Source: Escherichia phage KKP 3715. From it: a stretch of 64,000 nucleotides of DNA. The stretch is taken from sequence record OR067834.1, one strand, 5' to 3'. The notes beneath the pieces were generated by a model that saw only the letters and a program-made list of their open reading frames with translations, did not search any database and was not told the origin of the DNA. The first letter of the stretch is position 1. Each line of letters opens with the position of its first letter. This document shows, one piece after another, positions 19,000 to 30,100 of this stretch. The position numbers and the translations under genes were made by a program.

Positions 19000-21642
19000 A
19001 TGGGCTTATTCAGTGGGAAGACCAAAGTATACGTAGCATCCTCTGTCTATAACATGGCAGGGGATATACATAAGCGCCCAAACTATATGAAGACTGTAGT
19101 CATCGGTAAGATTGTTGCTGATACAGGATTCACTATGGCAGACACTATCTCTGATAGTTATCTGAATGGACCGGGTATTCGTATGCGACTGTTCTCCAGC
19201 TGGAGTAAGAACCACTATGATTCAGAAGTTGGTATGGCAGGAGCTTCATTAGGTGTGCTGGCTAAGATTGACCCTACTATTATAGAGGGTCAAATTACCC
19301 CACCTGCTGGGGAGACTGTCTATGTTCAGGCAGCAGAGATTGGCTTTGCTGACTTTGAGCAATGGTGTGACCAGTATCTTTATGAGAATGCCCCAAGTCG
19401 AATAATGGAGCGATTCGACGTAGACATTGATGAAGATACTAATGAAATTACTATGACCTCCCTTGATGGTGGTTCTACCATTACATTCACACCTACTAAC
19501 TTTGAACCAGGTGCTTTGTATCTCTATGCTGATTACACTTTCTATAAGTCCCCAGCTACCAATCCACCGGTAGTAGGGCCGACTACTGTCTATGATAATG
19601 AAGGCGACTTACCATCTACCCTGCTATGGACTACCATCTCAAGTGATACGACAGCTAATACAACCAATCTTACTAAGACTATACAGACTCATTCTGTTTA
19701 CTCTGATGGTAGACCGGATGAAGACAGTACTGTTACTGAACCAAGTGTGGATAACTGGAATTCTTACGTTAAGGTTTACCGTAGAGGATTTACTGAGAAA
19801 CCTGATGATGTAACTGTGGTTGTATCTGACAGGGTAATGACTCATACAAAGTTTGGTGAGGTTCAATCTAGCACTACTGTAACTACCAATGTTGTTGATT
19901 TAGGTGGTGGTGTTACTCGCACAGATACAATCACTACAACTACAGAGACACTGGTTCGTAAGTACTCATCCCAGACTACCCGTACTGATACTGAGATGAC
20001 TGCTGTTGGTACACCTAAGATGCTTATCTATAAGCAGAACTCAGGCAACGTTGCACTTGATTCACTGTTTGAGACTGAAGCTACCGATAACCGATTCTAC
20101 CCATTCATTCCAATCAGGAATGATAAGCAATGGGTAGAGAATGACCCAATCTACCCCCACTGTAAGAAGGCACTCTATAAAGCTACCGGTGGTAAACTCA
20201 ATAAAGTAGTGACTGAGCTTAAGAAGAATGACGACATAGATGATATCCAATACATCTATGGCACATTCGGTGTATCTCTTAATACTCCAGAGGATACTGC
20301 TAAGGAATACATCTACCGTTTCTTTCAGATGGCTACTGAAGCATTCCCACCTGACCCAACCTACCCTACACTGGAAGCAGTGATTGCAGGTTATCAGGCA
20401 GCAAATGATGCAGTTGATGCATACGTAGAATGGTGGAACAGGCAGGAAGGTCAGGTAGTTGGAACACCTCCTCCACTACCGGAATACCCTGTCATACCTA
20501 AGCGAGAGTTTAGGGTACATAGTAATAAGCAGTACAAGTATGACATGACTATTGGTTGGAACTATGTGTCTGAAACTACTCATTCTGGTGAAGCATGGTC
20601 TGGTGCTAAACAAGGACAACTTCGAGCCAGATATGCAGGGGATATAACTCTTACACGTAAGAACATACGTACAGGTGCTAACAAAAAGCTGGAAGTTACC
20701 ACTACGTTTTATTCTATGCAGGAGTATGAATTGCTTTGGCAGGATGGTAATGACACCTACCGTAAACTTAGGGTACTGGGTCTGAACCACAACAACAGGG
20801 TATATAAAAATAAGTCAGTGAGCATTGATGTTGCCGAAGCAATGGGTGATGCAGAAGAGAGTGGATTCATTATTCCACTACACACTAACATCTACCGTTC
20901 AATGTCACTGACTCGTAGTACTCAACTGTCTACTGCTTGTTCCTACTTAGTGATGAACTCATATAAGAAGGTTAAGCAGAAGTGGTATACGACATCTGCC
21001 TTTAAGATTGTGGTTGTTGTAGTTGCTGTGGTTGTATCCGTATTCACTATGGGTGCTGGTGGTGCAGGTATTCTTGGGGCATACGGTGCAGTTGGTGCAT
21101 CACTTGGTTTTGTTGGATTAGCTGCTGTAATAGTAGGTGCTGTAGCAAACGCTATTGCTGCAATGATTCTGGTATCTATTATCACTAAAGTATCCACTTC
21201 TCTGTTTGGTGATAAGCTAGGCTTTATCATTGCTGCTGTTGCTTCAATGGTAGCTATGAACGTTGGCACTGCTATGTCTACCGGTACATCCTTATCTACC
21301 TTAGCCAGTGAAATGATGAATGCCCAAAACATCATGCAGCTTACCAGTTCAGTAGGTAACGGTATTAGCCAGTATATTAATGCATCCACGGCTGCTACTA
21401 TTCAGAAAGCAGAGAATGTAATGCAGCAGTACAATACTGATATGATGGCAATCAATAAGCAGTATGAAGAAATGTTTGGTACTGCTGGACAGGGTGTAAT
21501 TGACCCTATGCAATTTGTGTCAATTGAGTCGATGGATTCTTTCCTCTCACGTACTCTTATGACTGGTTCGGATATAGCTGACATGTCTTTAAATATGATT
21601 GGAAGCTACTCTGATATGACTCTTAATACAGACCTTGTTTAA
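19000..21642 (+). CDS. large virion protein with C-terminal Gly/Ala-rich multi-TM region; putative ejection/channel protein
   Basis: 880 aa; residues ~660-760 are strongly hydrophobic (SAFKIVVVVVAVVVSVFTMGAGGAGILGAYGAVGASLGFVGLAAVIVGAV...). Confidence 0.6.
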   Translation: MGLFSGKTKVYVASSVYNMAGDIHKRPNYMKTVVIGKIVADTGFTMADTISDSYLNGPGIRMRLFSSWSKNHYDSEVGMAGASLGVLAKIDPTIIEGQITPPAGETVYVQAAEIGFADFEQWCDQYLYENAPSRIMERFDVDIDEDTNEITMTSLDGGSTITFTPTNFEPGALYLYADYTFYKSPATNPPVVGPTTVYDNEGDLPSTLLWTTISSDTTANTTNLTKTIQTHSVYSDGRPDEDSTVTEPSVDNWNSYVKVYRRGFTEKPDDVTVVVSDRVMTHTKFGEVQSSTTVTTNVVDLGGGVTRTDTITTTTETLVRKYSSQTTRTDTEMTAVGTPKMLIYKQNSGNVALDSLFETEATDNRFYPFIPIRNDKQWVENDPIYPHCKKALYKATGGKLNKVVTELKKNDDIDDIQYIYGTFGVSLNTPEDTAKEYIYRFFQMATEAFPPDPTYPTLEAVIAGYQAANDAVDAYVEWWNRQEGQVVGTPPPLPEYPVIPKREFRVHSNKQYKYDMTIGWNYVSETTHSGEAWSGAKQGQLRARYAGDITLTRKNIRTGANKKLEVTTTFYSMQEYELLWQDGNDTYRKLRVLGLNHNNRVYKNKSVSIDVAEAMGDAEESGFIIPLHTNIYRSMSLTRSTQLSTACSYLVMNSYKKVKQKWYTTSAFKIVVVVVAVVVSVFTMGAGGAGILGAYGAVGASLGFVGLAAVIVGAVANAIAAMILVSIITKVSTSLFGDKLGFIIAAVASMVAMNVGTAMSTGTSLSTLASEMMNAQNIMQLTSSVGNGISQYINASTAATIQKAENVMQQYNTDMMAINKQYEEMFGTAGQGVIDPMQFVSIESMDSFLSRTLMTGSDIADMSLNMIGSYSDMTLNTDLV

Positions 21643-22099
21643 CAGGAGAATCCCCATGGATTTGTCATTCTTAACAGGCAACCAAACCCCACAGCCAGCT
21701 GCTATGTCTTGGATGTCTAATAACAATCAGAACTTTAATACCCCAGCTATGAACTATAACCCTGGTGCAGCTATTGGTATGAATGCAGGTACAGGGTTAA
21801 CTACACCTACATCTTTCTTATCTGGTTCAGCTAATCAGTTAGGTATGAACGTACCTACCTTCCAACTAGGACTTGGTGCACTTGGTTCCTTAGCAGGTAT
21901 CTATAGTGGTTTCCAGGCTAACAAACTAGCCAAAGACCAGTTGAACTTTACTAAGAGTGTTACTAACACTAACCTGAATAACCAGATTAAGTCTTATAAC
22001 ACTGCACTGGAAGACCGTGCTCGTAGCCGTGCTACAGCAGAGAACCGTGATCAGTCTTCGGCTGATGCTTACATTGCAGCTAATAAACTAACTCGTTAA
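21635..22099 (+). CDS. virion protein
   Basis: 154-aa ORF; 8-nt overlap with the upstream gene. Confidence 0.5.
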   Translation: MFNRRIPMDLSFLTGNQTPQPAAMSWMSNNNQNFNTPAMNYNPGAAIGMNAGTGLTTPTSFLSGSANQLGMNVPTFQLGLGALGSLAGIYSGFQANKLAKDQLNFTKSVTNTNLNNQIKSYNTALEDRARSRATAENRDQSSADAYIAANKLTR

Positions 22100-22111
22100 T
22101 AGGAAACCATC

Positions 22112-24076
22112 ATGGCTCAAATTACATGGCGTAATGTTGATGCACCTAACTTCTCTGGAGTTGGTGACAGCATTCGCACATTTGGCAGCATGATTGGTAA
22201 CGCCACCTCCGGCTTAAGTGATGCACTGGGTAATTTCCAGAACGCTGCCAAGCAGGAGGCTGGCAATGCCGTCATGATGAATGCTATGCAGTACCAAGAC
22301 CCGAATGAATACCGAAATGCTTTGGCATCCGGTGCATTGTTTCAGGGGGTTGACCCTTCACTGGTAAACCAACGTACCCTTCAAAACCTGGATGAGCGAG
22401 CAGGAACACTACTGACTCAGCAGGGGCAGCAGGGAACCAATGACTACAATGCATATCGCTTTGGTCGTTTACAGGATACTAACTCTGCATTAGATAATGC
22501 TTCCCCGGCTATTCGTTTACTATCTGAGGCTTATCAGTCCGGTGACCAGAACCGTATTAATGCTGCATTAAGTCAGACCCGTGATGCACTGTCTGCACTC
22601 CCTGCTGACCAGCAATTGGACATGCTTGGTCGTCTTCAAGGTCAGGGTGGTCAGGCTATTAATCAGGCACAGAACCGTTTTGACTTGGGTGTGGCTCAAC
22701 GTAATGATGCCGATAGTCAGGCAGCTATGGGTGTAATGTCACAGATTACCCGTGGTGCTGAGAACCCCAATGATGCCCGTCTGTTGGCTGAAGCATATAG
22801 TAAGAACCTGTCCCCGGTTGCACAGGCACGTTTGCAGGGATTACTGGCTAATGCTTACCCGGGTGTGTACGGTAACAATGTTGGTGCTACGTCTGCTCCG
22901 GGTACTGCTGGTACTCGTCAGGGTTCCCCTTACGATGTTACTTACCAGTTTGCTGGTACATCTACTCCTATTACTCAAATGAGTATTGGTGATGTAATTA
23001 AACACCAGGATGGTATGAAGACGAACCAGGGTGCTTCACCTGTTGGTGCATTCCAGATTAACCAAGCTACTCTGAAAGACTTCGCTCCCAAAGTTCTTGG
23101 TTCAGATTGGCAAAGCCAGCCACTTTCTCCCGAGAACCAGGATAAGATTGGTAAGGCTATCTTTGAGGCCCGTAAGAATGGCAACCTTAAAGATACCTGG
23201 GCTGCTCTGCCTAACTCTACCCCAGGTGCTTATAAGGATATGACTTGGGAACAGATTAAACCTGTTATTGCCCAAGCTGAGGTGGGGGCTGACCCACTTG
23301 CTATGGTTCAGAATAATCAAGGTAATCAGGCAGTATCTACTCTGGCTCAGGGTATGATTGGTACTCGTTCTATGCAGGATAACACCGGTAGTCTTAACAC
23401 CGACTTCCTTGGTACTGTCACTGATAATACCCCAGTAGGTGAGATTGCTAACCGTCTGTTGGAAGGTGATTTTAAAGGTGCTGACCGTAACTGGGTACTG
23501 AACCGACTGAATGATATTTCTCAACGAGGGAATATGTCACCAGCTATGGCTGCTGCTGTTATGCAACGTGCACAGACGGGTGTACCGGAAGGTTACATTA
23601 GCCGTGCTATTGATGCAGTTAACCCATTCATTACCAATGAAGCCGGTAATGGTATGCGTCTTAATGACCGTCAGGTAGAACAGTTAATCGAGGGTGTGAA
23701 ACGGGGAGAGCCACTGGAAGGTAGTGTACGTAACCTTGGTCGTGCTCAGGCTATGCAGAACATTCAGGCAGCACAGACTGCATATGATGCTGCTGTAGCT
23801 GCACTGACAAATACCCAGAATAAGATTAACACCGGACAAACTGGTCTTACTGCACTGTTACCTGCACGACAGGAGGCTGTTACTAAAGCTGCTGCAATGC
23901 TCCAAGCTGCACAGGCACAAGTACAGGCTGACCCAGCTAACCTGGCTCCAAGAGGTTTCCAGTCACAGTCTAGTGTGGACAGGGCACGAGCTAAGGAAGA
24001 TGAAGAACGTGCTGCACGATACTTACGTCAGGCACAAGGACTGCCTGAGTATATGCAACCCAGACAAAATCGGTAA
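22112..24076 (+). CDS. virion protein
   Basis: 654-aa ORF, Gln/Ala-rich; immediately upstream of the virion RNA polymerase. Confidence 0.55.
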   Translation: MAQITWRNVDAPNFSGVGDSIRTFGSMIGNATSGLSDALGNFQNAAKQEAGNAVMMNAMQYQDPNEYRNALASGALFQGVDPSLVNQRTLQNLDERAGTLLTQQGQQGTNDYNAYRFGRLQDTNSALDNASPAIRLLSEAYQSGDQNRINAALSQTRDALSALPADQQLDMLGRLQGQGGQAINQAQNRFDLGVAQRNDADSQAAMGVMSQITRGAENPNDARLLAEAYSKNLSPVAQARLQGLLANAYPGVYGNNVGATSAPGTAGTRQGSPYDVTYQFAGTSTPITQMSIGDVIKHQDGMKTNQGASPVGAFQINQATLKDFAPKVLGSDWQSQPLSPENQDKIGKAIFEARKNGNLKDTWAALPNSTPGAYKDMTWEQIKPVIAQAEVGADPLAMVQNNQGNQAVSTLAQGMIGTRSMQDNTGSLNTDFLGTVTDNTPVGEIANRLLEGDFKGADRNWVLNRLNDISQRGNMSPAMAAAVMQRAQTGVPEGYISRAIDAVNPFITNEAGNGMRLNDRQVEQLIEGVKRGEPLEGSVRNLGRAQAMQNIQAAQTAYDAAVAALTNTQNKINTGQTGLTALLPARQEAVTKAAAMLQAAQAQVQADPANLAPRGFQSQSSVDRARAKEDEERAARYLRQAQGLPEYMQPRQNR

Positions 24077-24086
24077 TACTAATAAA

Positions 24087-24109
24087 AGCCCTACGGGGCT
24101 TTTTTCTTT
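24087..24109 (+). terminator. intrinsic terminator (AGCCC-TACG-GGGCT then TTTTTCTTT)
   Basis: Read from sequence. Confidence 0.7.
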
Positions 24110-24152
24110 AACTGGCTTACTGTAGAGTAAGTTACCTATATACGATATAAGT

Positions 24153-27100
24153 TTGAACAGGAAACATGCTATGTCAACATTTGACCGTCTGGCAGGTTTC
24201 GCAGACAGCATCACTAATGCTAAGCAAGTCGATGTCTCTACTGCAACCTCTCAGAAGCAAGCTGCACAAGGGCAAAGCCCTTTCCAATTAACCCCAGAGA
24301 ATGCTTACAATCTCCAGACTGGACGAGTAGGTAATCTTGGAATCGGTGCATTCGAACCAGATTCACTTCAGGCAGATTTCACTCAAGCCTCCCCATTAGA
24401 AATCATTAATAAATACGGTAATGAGCAAGGTTTACAGATTCTTAATAGCCGAGCTAATGCTGCTGATGTTGTACGTCAGGACTTATCTAAACAGCGTACT
24501 AACGCAGAAGCATTTGGCGATACTCTTTCTGGTGTTGGTCTTGGTGTTGCTAATACCCTTGGGGGCATTGCTGCTCTTGGCACAGGTCTGGTCAATGATA
24601 ATGCCGGGGCAACCATTGCTTCCGGGATGGATTGGTTGAATGAAGGCGTACACAATCTCCAGTCTGATGCACTGAATGCTACCCGTAAAGTTGTTCAGAA
24701 TCAGAACCAGATTTCTGCTCAAAAGAACCAGAAACTCTATGAAGAAGACATCAAAAATGGGGAGAGCGATTTGGTTGCCTCCTTGTCTCGCATTGGTCGT
24801 GACGCTTTCGATTCTGTTGCTAATACACTTGATAATGGTATGGCTGCTTCCGACGGACTGAGTGAAGGGGTTGGTTCCCTCTTTACTGGTGGTCCACTTA
24901 TTCGTGGTGTATCTGCACTTGGTAAAGTAATGGTAGGTGGTGATAAAGCTGTTAAGGGTATTACCTTAGCTGCTGGGTTAGGTTCACGCCCTGCACAGGT
25001 TGCATTGTCTGCTGGTCGTGTTGCTGCACCTGCTATTGCAATCGGTGGTATGGAAGCTGGTGGTGCATACCAACAGACTGCTTCTGAAATCATGAAGATG
25101 TCCCATCAAGAATTGGCAAGCAAGTCTCCTGTTTACCAACAACATATTGCTGATGGATTATCCCCTGATGAAGCACGTCGTCAGACTGCATCTGAAACAG
25201 GTATCATTGCTGCTGGCTTAACTGCTCCAGTTGCTGCTGCTACCGGCCCATTGGTATCTCGCTTTGAACTTAATCCACTTAAGGTAGGTTCACTTGCAGG
25301 TGCTGGTTCTAATATGCTGCGTGAGACTGTAGAGGAAGGTATTCAGTCAGGCTTTGGTCAATATGCCCAGAACCGTGCAATCAAGGAAAATGTTGATGCA
25401 TCCCGTGACGTTCTCAAAGGAGTCGGTGAGCAAGCAGGTCTGGGTGCACTTTATGGCTTCGGTAGTGCTGGTGTTGCTCAAGCTCCTGGTGCAACTGTTA
25501 AAGCTGCCGGTGCTGCTGCTGGACCTGCTCTTCGTACTACTCTGGCTGGTGCTTCTCTGGTTGGTAAAACATTAGCAAAAGCTGCATCTCCTCTTACTAA
25601 TATCCTGGTTCAACGTGGTGAAGAAGTTGCTAAGCGTAATGAACAAGCATCCCCTGTAGCTGATGCTACGGTTAATGCTGCTGCACAGGAAGCTGCTGCT
25701 CAGGCAGAGCAAGCACAGGCAACTGTACAGGAAGCAGTAGATGCAATGGATATCTCTCCAGAAGAGAAAGCTGCTGCTACCCAATATGCTGCTGACTTAA
25801 CTCAGGCAATGAAGTTTGATCCAGTAGAATTGGAACAAGCTAATCCAACAATCCGTGAAGCTGTTTCTGGTTCCACTAACCGTGTAGAAGCTATTCAGAA
25901 GATGGCTGACCTGGTTAATACTGCCGAAGACCCTAACGTTCAAATGGAAGCAGCAATCCAGATGTATGACAATATCATGTCCATGGATAGCTTCATTAAC
26001 CGTGACCCGGGTGCTCTGGCTAATCTGGAACAGGGTTCCCCTGCTGCTGCAATTGTAGACCAGTTCTCTGGCCTGATGGCTAACGTACAGAATACCCCTA
26101 AAGTACTTCGTGCATTCCGTGCTATTCATTCCATGATTCAGGAACAGGCTGAAGCAGGTAAGCTGAAAGCTACTGAAGAAGCTAACCAAGCCCAGGCAAA
26201 TAACATTGCTATGGCTGCTGATGTATCTCCAGAAGTGCTGGATGCAGATTCAGTGAACATGGTTCTGAAACATGCAAGTGAAGGTAAGATTACATTAGGG
26301 AATCGTCAACGTGCTGCCCTGCAATCTGCTGCTGCCTTGTTACAGGGTGCACGTGAGTTCGACGCTAAAGCAGAAGAACTAGGCTTACGTCCTCAAGACA
26401 TTGTTAGTAAACAGATTAAAACCGATGAGTCTCGTTCTAATGAAGGACAGTACTCTGCGTTGCAACATGCGAAACGCATTCGTTCTGCGTATAACTCTGG
26501 TAACTTCGATTTGGCCTCCGCTTATCTGAGCGACTTTATGAAGTTCGCCCAGCACATGCAGAATAAGGTCGGAGCGTTGAATGAGCATTTGATTTCGGGG
26601 AATGCGGATAAGAATAAGTCTGTTCATTATCAGGCTCTCTCGCCTTCCCGTGAATGGGTACGTAGTCGTACTGGCCTCGGTGTCAATCCTTACGATACCA
26701 AGTCTGTTAAGTTTGCCCAGCAAGTAGGACTGGAGGCCAAAACCGTAGCTGATATTGCTAATGCACTTGCTACGGCTTACCCGGAGCTTAATGTTTCTCA
26801 TGTGAAAGTTACCTCGTTGGATTCACGTCTGAACAAGCCAGCTGCCCAGGTAGTTAAAGAGTTCCGTCAAGGTGGTCTTGATGCCACTCAGTCTCAACAG
26901 ACTAATGAACCAGTGAATCAGGTTGATGAATCTCCTGCACCAGTGCAAGAGGACACTACTACTGTACAGCCTAAAGCTAAACCAGTGGTAGAAAATAAGA
27001 CTGCTCCTACTAAGGAGACTAGTCCAAAAACAGAAGAAGTCTCTACTACTAAGTCTGAAACAGTAGAAGCTACCCCCACTAATGAGGATACCATCCAGGA

Positions 27101-30100
27101 AGTAGCCAAAACCAAAACAGAAATGGAAACAGTGTTCCCTGTCTATAACAATGAAAAGACACCGAACCAGTTCCTGAAAGCATTTACCTTACCAGAGGAA
27201 CCTAAGTCTCGTACCGTTGGTTCTGAATCTCCTTTGGCTGATATTAAGCAAGCACTGTCTTCTGTTGCTCGCTTTGAGGCATTTACTCAAAAAGAAAATA
27301 ACGTTCTCACAGGTGATGTGATTAAGCGTTATCAGGACTTAATGGACTTTGGGGAAACTCTGAAGACTACTTTGTCTGAACGATTGGCTAAGTTCCTTGC
27401 TAATAAGAACGTTGGTAAACGTTTTGCAGAAGGTACTGAAGCTAACCGTTGGGTAGGTGGCAAACTACTTAATATCGTTGAACGAGATGGTGACACCTTT
27501 AAGTTTAATGACCAGTTGTTAGAGACTGCTGTACTTGCTGGTCTGCAATGGCGACTGACTGCTACACAGAATGCTGCCATTAAAGACATGAAAGATGTGG
27601 CTGCTATTACTGGTGTAGAAGCATCTTTGTTACCAGAAGGTATTCTGGCTGAGTTTGAGAATGCCCAGACTCTGGTAGAAGCTACTAACTCACTGGCTCA
27701 GAAGATTGAATCCTACTGGGGTTTAAACCGTAATCCTAATGCACCACTTGGGTATACAAAAGGCATCCCAATGGCAATGGCTACAGAGATTCTGTCTTCC
27801 CTCATTGAGATGGGTGAAGTTAAAGAATCTATGCTGGATGTGTCCGAGATTGACCCAGACTCCAATAAGACTGTCGGTCTGTATACTATTGAGAAGCTGG
27901 ATGACAACGATGCCATTAACAAATTCCCTACTGCTATTGAGGAAGCTGTCCTCTTAGAACCAGAAGAGAAAATGTATTTTGATGATGATATTCCTTCTGT
28001 GGCTCAAACTCAGTTGCGTAACCCTGCTGTTAAGAATACCCCAGAACAGAAAGCTGCACTTAAAGCTGAACAGGCTACTGAGTTCCGTGTACATATGCCG
28101 ATGGTTAACTTCTATGAAGCATTAGGCCGTGACAACATTCTGGAACTGATGGGTGCTGGTACTCTTAATCCTGATTTGCTGAATAAAAACACTGCCAAAT
28201 CTTTGGAAGGTAAAAACCTGTCCGTATCCATGGCATATGATTCTCTGTTCGGTGTAATTAATCAGATACGAGAACAAGAGAATGGTCTGGATACTCCTAT
28301 TCACTACGGTTACAACATGACTCGTGTAGGTCGTATGCAGATGCTTGGTAAGAACAACCCACAATCCAGTAAACTGGTTCGTGAAGCAATTCTGCCGACC
28401 TTCTCTACTATCGACTTGAGTAATGAAAACAGCCAAGCATTCTCTGACTTCCAGCTAGGACTGGCTCAGGCATTAGGCATCAAGGTACATAAAATGTCAC
28501 GTGAAGCTATGTCTGAAAATCTGACCAAAGCTCTGGAAGGCAATCTGAAGCCTGCTGTTGATATGATGGTTGAGTTTGATAAGGCTGGTTACTTACCTAC
28601 TGATGCAGTAGATATTCTGAAGACTTCTCTGGGTGATAACAAATCCTTCGTGGCTCTCATGGCTCTGATGGAATATGCCCGTTACCTGAACAGTGATGAC
28701 CGTGCTAATTTTACTACTCCCTTGTACGTTGAAGCTGATGGTGTAACCAACGGCCCAATCAACGCAATGGTATTAATGACTGGTGGTAAGTTCACGCCCG
28801 ACTGGATTAAGAACACTGCCAAAGGTGGTTTGTTCTTTGGTCGTGCTGGTAAAACGATGAACGAACACTGTTCTATCGACGATAATGTTGACTTGTATGA
28901 AGCATCTACCAATGGTCTGCAACAAGCACTGAATGAGTTACGTACTACTTACCGTAACAACGTTCCGGTTATGAGCCAGATGAATCATCTCCAGAAGTTA
29001 ATGGACTTGTTCATTAAAGACTTTAATCTGAACGAAGACGGTACTCTGGACCTGAAACGTGGTATCGCTAAAAACCCACTGACCATTACCATCTATGGTT
29101 CTGGTGCACGTGGTATTGCTGGCAAGATGGTTAGTGCAATTACTGACACCATCTACGAACGCTTCAGTGACGTTCTGCAAGCACGGGCTGCTGACCCTAG
29201 CATTTCCCCAGCTATGGCAATGTTTGGTAAGGAGGCTGCGTCTGAGGCTGATGCTCAGGCTATGCTGGATACTTTCCTTACTTCTATGGAAGCACTGACT
29301 GGCAATGTTCCAGTTATGCGTAAAGGTGAATTGTCTATTCAGCAAGTAGATGGTGCTCTGACTGGTAAGTTAGACCCTCAGAAGTTTACCGTATCCGGTA
29401 ATGCTCTGAAGAACTTACAAGAGAACATGCTCCACCTGTTCGTTGAACCAATGCGTACCGGTATCCGGAATACTGTTGGTGAAGGTCTGATGCACTCTAC
29501 TGAGAATTTGCAGAAGGCTACCCAGATTCAATCTCTGGTATTGCAGGATATGTTCCAGCAAGCAGTACAGGCTAAGCTGGCAGAAAAAGAAAAAGACCCA
29601 ACCTGGAAGAAGGGTGATTTCTTAACGCAGAAAGAACTGAATGAAATCCAGGAATCATTATCTCCACTGGCTCCAATGATTGAGACTGGCTCACAGACTT
29701 TCTACATTGCTGGCAGTGAGAATACTGATGTTGCTAACCAAGTACTGGCTACTAACTTAGATGATCGTATGCGTGTGCCAATGAGCATCTATGCTCCTTC
29801 ACAGGCAGGTGTTGCAGGTATTCCATTTATGACCATCGGTACTGGTGATGGCATGATGATGCAGACCCTTTCTACTATGAAGGGTGCTCCGAAGAATACC
29901 CTGAAAATCTTTGATGGTATGAACATTGGTATCAGTGACATTACTGATGCAAGTCGTAAAGCTAACGAGGCTGTATACACTTCCTGGCAGGGGAACCCTA
30001 TCAAGAATGTTTATGACTCCTACGCTAAGTTCATGAAGAATGTAGACTTCAGCAAACTGTCTGATGAAACCAAACAGGCTATCGCTAAATCTGCTCTGGA

